NCBI RefSeq assembly: GCF_036321535.1
Contig: NC_087447.1
Coordinates: 33,730,001-33,794,000 of the forward strand
Direction of reading: 5' to 3'
From: Camelus dromedarius
Taxonomy: Eukaryota
Length of the DNA: 64,000 bases
Part shown: in pieces, positions 53,700 to 64,000 of the stretch
Layout: each line of letters starts with the position of its first letter
Numbering within the stretch: position 1 is the stretch's first letter
Notes under the pieces: model-generated
The model's database searches: none
Told to the model about the DNA's origin: nothing
The model's input: the letters and a program-made list of their open reading frames with translations, nothing else
Position numbers and translations under genes: made by a program

Positions 53700-55680
53700 A
53701 ACAATTATTTTTTCACTAGGTAATATATTCACATAGTTTAAACATCAAAAAGTATATTTCTTATTTAACCTTCAAGAGAATTTTCAAGCTTATACAATGC
53801 AATACTATATGTGTTTTTCCTTCCCCTTTTTACACGAATGGAAGCGTATTATACCTACCATGCTACGTATCGCTTTTTTTATATTTAACAATATAACTTG
53901 GAGATCTTTCCATATTAGTTTAGAGAACTTCTTTCTCTTACGTAGCTGTATAGGATTCCATATTATGGCTGTACCATAATCCACTAATCCATTTCTCTAC
54001 TGTGGACATTTAGGTAGTTTCTGAAATTTTACTATGACAGTCAGTGCTGTAAATAACCTCACATCTAACCCCACTCACACATGAATAACTCTATAGAAGT
54101 GTAAGAATAAATCTATTCCTAGAATTGAAAACACTGAAAATACTGGGTCAGAGAGAATGTACGTTATTTATAATTCTGCTTGACATAACCAAATTACCTG
54201 CCATAGGGCAATTCTACTCATGAAGACTCCAACCAGCAATGTGTAAGTGCCAATTTCCTCACAGGTGAGACTAGCCCATGGAGCATATAATCAGACTTTT
54301 GGGTTTCTGCCAATCTGGCAAGTAGAAAATAATGAAATACTGGTCCTGTTTTAATTTCCATTTTGCATTCCATTCTTTGCATTTTTATTATCATGAGGTT
54401 GAGCATCATTCCACATGTTGAAAGAACATCTGCTGTACTTTCTATGTGAACCATCTACTTATATCCTTTCTCCATTTTTCCAATAACTTGTCAGTCCTTT
54501 GCTTATCAAATTTTTCTTATCAACTCTTATCAAATAGGAGTTCTTAGTAAGTTTAGACTTCTGTGATATGACTTGCAATATTTTCTCTCAGCATGTATTT
54601 TTGTTTTTTGAGTCTGCTTACATTGATTTTTGTTATATAGAAATTCTTTACTAACAATCAAACTCTTTAATCTTTTATTTTACAGATTCTGGATTTTGGT
54701 CATAATTAGATAGAACTAGCCCATATCCTCCCCTATTTCATTCACATATCCTTCTAGTGCATTTATAATTTCATTTATACAGTTTTTTTTAAAATCATGG
54801 TATACACTATGGTATAAGAGGTATAGTTCCAACTTCTGTTCAGATAGCTAACCAATTATCCCAACATGTTATTAAATAGTCTGTTTCCTCCACCGATTTG
54901 ATATGTGACTGCTACGGTCCAGATGTGGCCTCCTGGAATTCTGTGCTGAAACCCTAACACCCAAGGTGATGGTATTAGAAACTGGGCTCTCTGGGAGGTG
55001 ATTAGGTCATGAGGGCAGACCAAAATATACACAGAAATTTTAGTGAATGCTAAAGTTCCCTGTCTTAATCCATTCAGGTTGCTATAACAAAAATAACATA
55101 AACTGAGTGGTTTATATATACAACAAATTTCTCACAGTTCTGGAAGCCAGAAAGTCTAAGATCAAGGCACAGGCTGACTCTGGTGAGGGGCTGCTTTGTG
55201 GTTCACAGACATGCCTTCTTGCTGTGTCCTCAAATGACAGAGGAGAGGAAGGGATCTCTCTGGAGATGTATACATACATTGGTCTATTTCTAGATTTTTA
55301 TTCTGCTCCATTAATCTATATAATCACATGCCAGTAATTATTCTAATTACAGAAGCTGTATAGAATTTTTTCTATCTAGTAAAGCTGGTCTACCTTCACA
55401 GCAAAATTGTTTTTAGTGTTTCTGGACAATTTTGTATGTTTATTTTCCCATAAGAACAAGAGAATCAGCTTGGCTATGTTTTATTTTTTAAAGTCTTAGC
55501 ATTTTTACAGGGATTGAATTAAAACATAAATTATTTTATGGAACAGACAAAATTTTATTTTGAGTTTTCTTTGCAAGAACATGGTATTACTTTCAATTTG
55601 TTTAAATCATCTGTTATGTTCTTCAGGATTTTTTTTTTTTTAATATTTTTCACATTACTTAAGTTTGTTCCAATGCCTTT
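53700..55680 (-). mobile_element. Old L1 (L1MC/ME-like) hosting the MLT1A insertion
   Basis: ggacatttaggtagtttc, gaggttgagcatc, ggtctatttctagattt, gggattgaattaaa are L1 antisense hallmarks. Confidence 0.7.
54910..55265. mobile_element. MLT1A-like MaLR LTR, 5' part on + (54910-55019) and 3' part inverted (55061-55265)
   Basis: ggtgatggtattag...gggaggtgattaggtcatgaggg on +; tgtcttaatccattcaggttgctataacaaaa...tttctcacagttctggaagc is the reverse complement of the MLT1A 3' end. Confidence 0.8.
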
Positions 55681-56976
55681 TATCTTCTCTACTGTGGAGT
55701 CTGTTCCATTACATCTTGAAAATACAATTTACCCGAAATGACTCCAGAAGAGAGAAAAATCTAAACAGCCTAATTAGTTGTCAAAAAGCTACTACTCAGT
55801 GTCTCTTCTCCTCTGTTGCTCTGAGAAGGATGAGGCCCAGATGGTTTTATAGGAGAATCTGACTGGTCCTATACATGCAGCCTGTCTGGGTGACTCAGCA
55901 CATTTTAACATGACCACTTCACACACAAAAAGTCAAAAATTATAAGATGCAACCTATACGACATCATTGCAAACAAAAATGAAATATTTTTTAAAGTCAC
56001 AAATAAAACATATTAACCGCAACATCTAGAAAATACTGTAATACATAGCATATATATTTATAGTACGGTTATAGTATATCCAATTGGAATATTATATAGT
56101 ATAAAATGATAATAAGATATTCCATTAAAATGTTTACGGAAAGTCAAGCTGGCAGCACTAATACCGTCCAGGGTAGAATCTTTCTGACCCCCAGAGTCCA
56201 TTGCTAGGAATTTATTTTATTATTTATTCTCACATAAATAAAAATTTGATTTTTAATATTTTAAACTTTTATACACAGCATTATTTTATCACAAAAAATT
56301 AAAACATATGAATTAATCTGACATTGGCTTTATGAGCCATTAAAACAATGTTAATAAGAAATTACCTTAGAAAAATTGCTGAGTGATGAAAGCTAAGTAC
56401 AGAAATACATGTATCATTTACTCCAATTAGAGTATGTGCTCTTTTATAAGACTCTCTCTATATATACATATATATTATTCTTATTTAATCCTTTCTGAAG
56501 GGACATGAGTTTCAGAGAAAGGAAGTAACAGATCTAGGTTTAAACAGCTGGTAATTTGTAAAGCTAGCACTCAAACACAGGTCAATCTGCTTTCAAAGCC
56601 TACCTTTAAATTATAGTTTGAATTGTATACTATTTATTACAACTAGCTCAGATTTAGGTAGTTGAGTAAATAAACTAAAACTTGATAGAATCAAAGAAAG
56701 TTAGAAATGATAACAGAATACACTAACATTTTATAAAATGATGAAGGTATGTGATTCATTTTCTAAAGAGAAAAAAAAGAGAGAAGAAAGTAAATCAATT
56801 TTAACTGTAGATAATAATCAAAAGCATAAAGAAGGCACTAACTGTGAATTTCTTCAATGAACTACAAATAGAAATTAATTATGAATGAGTGATAACACGA
56901 TTGTGCCACCCTAGTTAAATTAACTCTGAGAAACCATATGGCCTCCACAGGAGCTTTGTGAATTAAAAAAATATTA

Positions 56977-57045
56977 AGGAAGGAATGAAGGAAAGGAAGC
57001 AGGAAGGGAGGGATGGAGGGAGAAGGGAAGAAAAGGAGGAAGGAA
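56977..57045 (+). repeat. Degenerate (GGAA)n / GA-rich simple repeat
   Basis: aggaaggaatgaaggaaaggaagcaggaagggagggatggagggagaagggaag. Confidence 0.8.
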
Positions 57046-57296
57046 CACATTTTTAGTTACAAGCACCTTTTCAAAAATAAAACTGCCATGCACTATATAA
57101 TACGATATAGAAGCTACTGCTGGGATGTGGAATTTATTTGTCTAATGGAGATAAAAGAAAACATAAACAATGGTAATAAAACTTAGAAAAACATGTAACT
57201 TCATACATTTAAAAAAAGAATTATATTTAAATAATTTCATGAACATGTTCTGTCATGGCACACAAAAATCATATGACCTATATATGAAAAACAGTG

Positions 57297-57449
57297 CGGG
57301 GGGTAGGGTATGGGGTATGGCTTAAGCAGTAGAGTGCATGCTTAGCAAGCACAAGGTCCTGGGTTCAATCCCCAGCACCTCCTCTAAAAATAAACAAAAC
57401 CTAATTACCTCCACCCATTCTACCAAAAAAATAAAATAAAATAAAATAA
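57297..57449 (+). mobile_element. tRNA-derived SINE, Vic-1-like
   Basis: Same head (gtagagtgcatgcttagc...gggttcaatcccc), CCTAATTACC motif and (AAAAT)n tail; TSD GAAAAACAGTG at 57286-57296 and 57450-57460. Confidence 0.88.
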
Positions 57450-57529
57450 GAAAAACAGTGTGAATTAAAATGTCACTAATGAATCTCATTCTAATTACTT
57501 AGTCATTCTATTTCAACATAATGGTGTTC

Positions 57530-57800
57530 AAAGTGTAGTAGCACAGGGTTAAGGGCACTAGACTAGAACTAAAACTCTCAGGTATGTTTGTTTATTTGTT
57601 TGTTTAATTTTGGTTTTGTTTGGTTTTTTAGTTGTCTCTTTCAGAGCGAGTCAGTTGGTAATTGGTCTCAAGTTTCCTCATGTGTAAAATGGAGATAAAT
57701 ACCAGCCATGCCCACTTATAGGTATATTGTATAGGGACAATCAGACAACATGCCTGAAAGTATTCTATAAATTATCAAATGCTATTTAAATATATGGTAA
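57530..57800 (+). mobile_element. MIR SINE
   Basis: gtttcctcatgtgtaaaatggagataaatac MIR core. Confidence 0.6.
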
Positions 57801-60008
57801 TTATTTCCTAAATCTGCAGCCATAGTATAATAAAGTATCCTGAATCATTTAAAAATGTGGAAGTTCCTGATTATTTAATATTGTTAATTACAGGAAATTA
57901 TATCCTGAATATGCTTTAAAGGGTTAGAAATTGATACATATGGTATTTTACATTACACTCTACTTTTGAAAAACCACAGTTGCCAAGCAAAACTAATTAC
58001 ACATTGATAAATTAAATGAAAGTATCTTAGGCAAAGCACTAAGGAAAAATAACCCAACTTATTAATAAGCCCTTTTCTGGCTTGGCAGGTTTAATCTCTT
58101 CAGTAAAACCGGTAAATGGAATACAAAATAATTAAACATAACAAGTTTTCCATGGTCATGTATTTTGCTCAAAAATGTATAATACATACAATATTTATAT
58201 AATATTGCTACAAATAAAAAATTACAGGCAGAAAGTGACTATATATAGATCTATGAACTCAGTAAAATGTGCATTATATCCATAGAAATATTCATATTTA
58301 TTTAATTTCTCAATAATTAATCTTATGATTACTAATACCTATGCCTTTTCAGTATTTTCTTATGTAATATAAAACAAAAGTCTATTCAGGAGCATACTGA
58401 AAAAGAAACTTCCAACTTCTTTTTACTTAACAAATTCTTATGGCATTCACATCAAAAAGTATCAAAAAAAAGATGGCTCAAAGAAAGGAAATGATAATAC
58501 ATAACAAAGTGATAACAACAAAAATAATAGAATTTTAGAAGCAGAAAGGTTTAAAAAATTATTTCACAGATGAGGCCCACAGAGACTCACCACTTGCCCA
58601 AAATTATTACCTGGCTGGTTCCTGAGAATCCAGGCAGGACAAGTGATTCCCCAACTAGTACATGCTTAATTTCTATACAACACATTAAGGAAAGAATTAA
58701 ATAAAAATCTGGGCATGTTCTAACTATAAACATAAAGCAAAATCTTTAATAGTAACAATATCTGCTTCCCTGAAAACAAAGTGATTTTTCAGATGGATAT
58801 TAAACTGTTTCAGCACTTGAGTGCAAATATAAAAATGATAAAAAAAAATTCTTAGTTTCTGCTGAAATAACATAAAAAAGCATACAAAAAAGCCAAGTTA
58901 AAGAACTGATAAAAACCAATGTTTTAAAAATGAAATAATCTATTCACCTAGAGTGCGAATTAGCAGAAGCAGAGAAACACAAATCATCATAAACCTCTCA
59001 TGATAGGTAATACTTCGGCCAACTCAGCTAAATCACAAGCAAAATACTGCTCTTAGGAAACAGATGTAGAAAATGAAAAGCCAATCTTTATGATATTCCA
59101 AACAATATAAAAATCAGGAAAAGAGATTTTTCTGCATATAATAGTTGTCAGTCACTGCTACAATATCATGTGAAGCCCATGAAATAACTGCAGAGAAGTA
59201 TTTTTTAAAATGGAGGTGGAAGGGAAACTATAAAATCCTGAGTTACCAAGAGACACGTTCTTGAAGTAGAAAGAGTGGGAAAAAATTCAAGCAACAATAT
59301 ATAAGTGGATAATACTCCTGACTGAACTAATGAACTAATTTCCAATAAGGAGGAACAAACTGAAAATCTGAACGTTTAGGTAAGCATGCCAATGTAGACA
59401 GGGAAGGAAGGAGAAAGTGAAGAAGGAAAAAATGGAAAAATTCACAAGGGAGGGAAAACAAATGACACAAATTTCAAAATACACACACAGTGAAAGATCA
59501 CCTTTGAAATAGAGTGAGGCACTATTAAGACTAATTATAAAATATAAACAATATCATAAAGGGGTAAATAAATGAGGTTTTAAAAGAAAGCACATGAAAA
59601 AAATTCTACCTTACAATATTTGACCCTACTTACCAATAACTTCTCAGAATTATTGATTTTTAACTAACTAACATGAACTAAAATAATAATTAAAAGTGCT
59701 TTGGTACGAGGTTTATCTTATACATGTGAGATTAACAGGAATCACAATAAATCAAAAATGTGGTTTATGCAAAAATATATGGATAAGCCCAGTTTAACTA
59801 AGCTATGCCACTGTAATTAATGAATTGCAATTTAAAAAAGAGTCAGTGTTTCTGTTACCAGTATCTTGTACCACAGAGCAGCATCCTAAAAGCCTTCCAT
59901 GAAATAAAGGCGGTGTACAGGAAATCAACTGCTGTCACAACGATGACTTAGAATTTCTGCCGCCCAAGATGCACGTGAAATGTACAGTTCTGTAGCCTAT
60001 GTACTCAC

Positions 60009-60074
60009 CTTGTCTTTGAAGATATGTGGATTCTGGTATATAAAATCGCGGTAACTTTCTGTTCGTACTTTGTC
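60009..60074 (-). CDS. PRMT3: PRMT3 coding exon (about exon 8), 66 nt, DKVRTESYRDFIYQNPHIFKDK
   Basis: Minus strand: polypyrimidine acceptor ttctcctctctctaccctag|GAC, donor AAG|gtgagt; 22 codons, phase 0/0. Confidence 0.96.
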
Positions 60075-62229
60075 CTAGGGTAGAGAGAGGAGAACATCGT
60101 GTTTACAGGATAGTCTGAACAAACAAAAATTTTTAAGGACGAGATTTGTTCATTTATCACACACGGCTAGCTTCCATAGCCGCTTTTTGCCTAGAAAACC
60201 AAGCTTAATCTTCTTCTCCTAAAAGAAAATAATAAATAATAGAAATAGCAACAACACACAAAGAAAACATTCAAGAACATCGCAAAGTCAAAGAAGATCT
60301 AAAATCTTAAAAATGGACATATTTTCATCTTGACATGAATTATCATGATAAAACTTCACATGATAATTAAAGCTAACAGAAGATGAATGTTATGTTTTGC
60401 TCCTTTAAACGAGGCCTGGAATCTAGAGTCTATTCCCTGTAGTAAAACTATGCTAAAATATGGGAGAAAAACACCAAGAGTTAGATGCAAAACTTTTAGT
60501 TCCATACGAAAAATGAAGCTAAACTAAGTATAGTTTTCTAAGAAAGTCACTGGTCAGCATCTATCTGATTTATAATCCTGTTTTGTTTCTAGAAAAGTCT
60601 GTAGTAGGAAATGATGCTTTAAGGCCTTTAAGTCTTAAAAGTGAATCACCTGAGCCCTGCGGCCCTCACTATGAGACTTCTCTACTCGGGAGTCCTACAT
60701 GACCTGTGACCAACGCAGACCCTGAATGCTAACATTTATGTTGGTTTATGAACAGAGCTGATTTCCTTTTAAACTACCTCCGCTGAGACACATACTGACA
60801 GCAGATTAAGCCGCAAGCGGCCTTGCTGCCAAGTGAGTAAAACAAGTATGATAAAAATATCTCAGACTGGGAATTCCAGTTTTGGGTTTCACACTAGGTG
60901 AAAACAAAGCAGTTACACCAAATACTACAATATAAAACTATTTTACTCCCAACCGTTGTCTTTGATCATGTGAGCAAGCTCAATGATAAATTTTCCTTCC
61001 TTATAAAAACAAAACAAAACAAACAACCAAACTTTATACAACACATATCCTCCGCCCAAAACATTTTCATGCCAATATTGGGATTAAAAAAAAAATACGA
61101 AGGAGGTCTTAAATTAAAAGGCAAGTTGTTTTACTTAATTACTGGATCCAAAGAAGGGGGATTCCATAATTAAGCCCACATTTTCTAATGGAATTATTTC
61201 TAACTGTTCTACAAACAAAATTTTAACTCAGGTTTATTAAATCTTCCCCTGAATTCTTAAAGAATTACTTTGAGAATCTAATGTTTAAATGAATTTATAC
61301 ATATTATTATCTTATTTTACAACTTTTTTTTTAAACATACCGTTTCATACATTTTTACTATTTTTATAGTCTTCTTATACTATAACCAGTGACTTTTGCT
61401 GACACAATAAAACCTACAAAGAGTGTAAGTCAGTCAAGAAGGCAGCCACTTGGAAAGTTCTCACCAATCACATTGCCTCCCCACTGCTCTAACTTAATCA
61501 CTAGTGTTCCAACTCCTGTCCTAAGTCCATGCACTGCTGCTCAGATCAACTACAATCCTTCATCTGGGCTATTTCTACACATCCATCTGTTTTTACTCAT
61601 CCACTCACCTGGTGCAATGAAACCTAAAATATATTAAACACAGTGCCTTGGACATAGCAGAGCTTCGATTTAATAAATGAATCTTTGAAAGGAAAATTCA
61701 CTAAACATGAAAATCCAAACAAATCAAAGACTGGCTCAAAAATCATTTCTAAAAATTTATTCCAACAGAAGATTAATCTTCCATATAAAATAAGGTAATA
61801 AACAGAAATAAAATTATCCTTTGCACCAACCTATTAAAACTAAGAAACTCAGAAGAGTAAAATTAGAGGTCCAATATTAAGAAGCAAGATAATCTTTTAA
61901 GGCTAGTCCAGTATAACAGGATTACTCCTACAAATATAAAAAAATTTTAAGTATGAAACTAAAGACAACAGAAAAGTTACATACTACAAATTTTACCTAT
62001 TTAAGTAACAGTATGTTTTAAATGTATAGGCTCATGGAGGCAAACAGAATACATGAGTGGCTGCAATGAGGAAAATGTAGCAAAGAAAAATTATTTAATG
62101 GTGTTTTAATCTGTGATAATTGTTCACCAAAATGAATAATGTTTTTCTTGGGGAAAAAAAAATGATGATCTCAGATTTATAACATTAGCAACAATGACTC
62201 TTCTTCAGAAATATATACTGGATTTTCAA

Positions 62230-63451
62230 TACAGCCAAAATATTATCTCACATACATCTCAAAAATGTTCTCCTAGGGCAGCCTACCCAAGCAATAGAAA
62301 TAAAAGCAAGAATAAACAAATGGGACCTAATTAAACTTACAAGTTTCTGCACAGCAAAGGAAACCATAAGTAGAACAAAACGACAACCTATGGAATGGGA
62401 GAAAATTTTTGCAAATGAAACCAACAAAGGCTTGATCTCCAGAATATATAAGCAGCTCATATGACTTAATAAGAAAAAAACAAACAACCCAATCCAAAAA
62501 TGGGCAGAAGACCTAAACAAGTAATTCTCCAAGGAAGACATACAAATGATCAATAGGCACGTGAAAAAATGCTCAATATCACTAATTATCAGAGAAATGC
62601 AAATCAAAACTACAATGAGGTGTCACCTCACACCAGTCAGAATGGCCATCATTCAAAAGTCCACAAATGACAAATGCTGGAGAGACTGTGGAGAAAAGGG
62701 AACCCTCCTATGCTGCTGGTGGGAATGAAGTTTGGTGCAGCTACTGTGGAAAACAGTAGGGAGATTCCTCAAAAGACTAGGAATAGACTTACCATATGAC
62801 CCAGTAATCCAACTCCTGGGCATATATCCAGAAGGGACCCTACTTCAAAATGACACCTGCACCCCAATGTTCATAGCAGCACTATTTACAATAGCCAAGA
62901 TATGGAAACAGCCTAAATGTCCATCGACAGATGAATGGATAAAGAAGATGTGGTATATTTATACAATGGAATACTATTCAGCCATAAAAATGACAACATA
63001 ATGCCATTTGCATAACGCCATTTGGATGTCCCTGGAGAATGTCATTCTAAGTGAAGAAAGACAGAAAGAGAAAGAAAAATACCATATGAGATCACTCATA
63101 TGTGGAATCTGAAAAAAAAAAAAAAAAAAAAGAACATAAATATAAAACAGACTCATAGACACAGAATACAAACTTGTGGTTGCCAAGGGGGTAGGGAGTG
63201 GGAAGGGACAGACTGGGAGTTCAAAATTTGTAGATACTGACAGGTATATGCAGAATAGATAAACAAGATTACACTGTATAGCACAGGGAAGTGTGTACAA
63301 GATCTTGTGGTAGCTCACAGTGAAAAAAATGTGACAATGAATGTAAGTATGTTCATGTATAACTGAAAAATTGTGCTCTACATTGGAATTTACACAACAT
63401 TGTAAAATGACTATAACTCAATAAAAAAATGTTAAAAAAAAAAAAAAAGAA
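62230..63451 (+). mobile_element. Relatively young 5'-truncated LINE-1 (3' end of ORF2, 3' UTR, poly-A), disrupted
   Basis: ORF-track peptides such as [21 protein letters not shown] and CTPMFIAALFTIAK.WKQPKCPSTDEWIKKMW are the L1 ORF2 C-terminus, broken by stops and frameshifts. AATAAA plus poly-A; TSD AGAAA(T/G)ATATACTGGATTTTCAA at 62207-62229 and 63452-63474. Confidence 0.95.
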
Positions 63452-64000
63452 AGAAAGATATACTGGATTTTCAAAGGATTCTGAAAGTTCAAGTACTCTA
63501 TCCCCCTACCAACTGTATCTCTGGAATTCAAAACAGTTATCTTCACTGTGACTCCAGAAAATAAGACCACAAACTACCTTTATTTATAATTATAACCACA
63601 ACATATGCCAAAATAGTGTCTGTCATTAAAATAATAAAAAAAATTCAAACAGTATTTCTATAAAAGCAAGGTCAATTATAGGCATAAAAAAAAGTCCTGT
63701 ATATAGGACTTCTCAATTTTAAATCATTTATAAGGATCAGACGAGACTGGCAGTAGCACAACCTTGAACAAATTATATGTGCTAAGAATTGTTATAATAA
63801 ACAAAAAAATATTGCTTGATATAAGGCACATTTCATATTCATCCACAGTATGTAACCTAGTAAAATACAAAATGGACAAGTAGTTCCTTTTGAATGAAAT
63901 ACATCCATATCTCCTATAAACACTTAATCAAGTCATCTCCAAGGAGAAGTGACGCCATTGCATAGGCATGGAAAATTATATTAATAAAGGTTGAGTTAAC

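Noticed and set aside
62248..63318. Cluster of overlapping ORFs on both strands
   Set aside because: Broken L1 ORF2 C-terminus and its antisense frames; the element is 5'-truncated and cannot be autonomous.

Overview
AT-rich mammalian genomic DNA, most likely camelid (alpaca/vicuna/camel) because the only young SINEs are four tRNA-derived Vic-1-like copies. The whole window lies inside PRMT3 (protein arginine N-methyltransferase 3) on the minus strand. It holds six consecutive internal coding exons (60009-60074, 52149-52270, 34142-34241, 16938-17016, 7909-8096, 5700-5786; about exons 8-13 in human numbering). All have GT-AG boundaries, and they splice in frame into 642 nt / 214 codons covering the SAM-binding Rossmann fold, the double-E loop and the dimerisation arm. 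The rest is intron filled with L1 fragments of several ages, L2, MIR, MER58/MER20/Tigger DNA transposons, LTR remnants and microsatellites. Repeat family names come from recalled consensus sequences, not a database search. I found no evidence for a novel multi-gene system. The most unusual signals are small structural events: a tailless retrocopy of the 5' half of tRNA-Gly(TCC) with a target-site duplication (TSD), a ~100-bp templated insertion copied from 2.5 kb away, a ~250-bp inversion splitting an MLT1A LTR, a perfect 40-bp tandem duplication, and a 96-bp L1 tail insertion with a possible micro-transduction.
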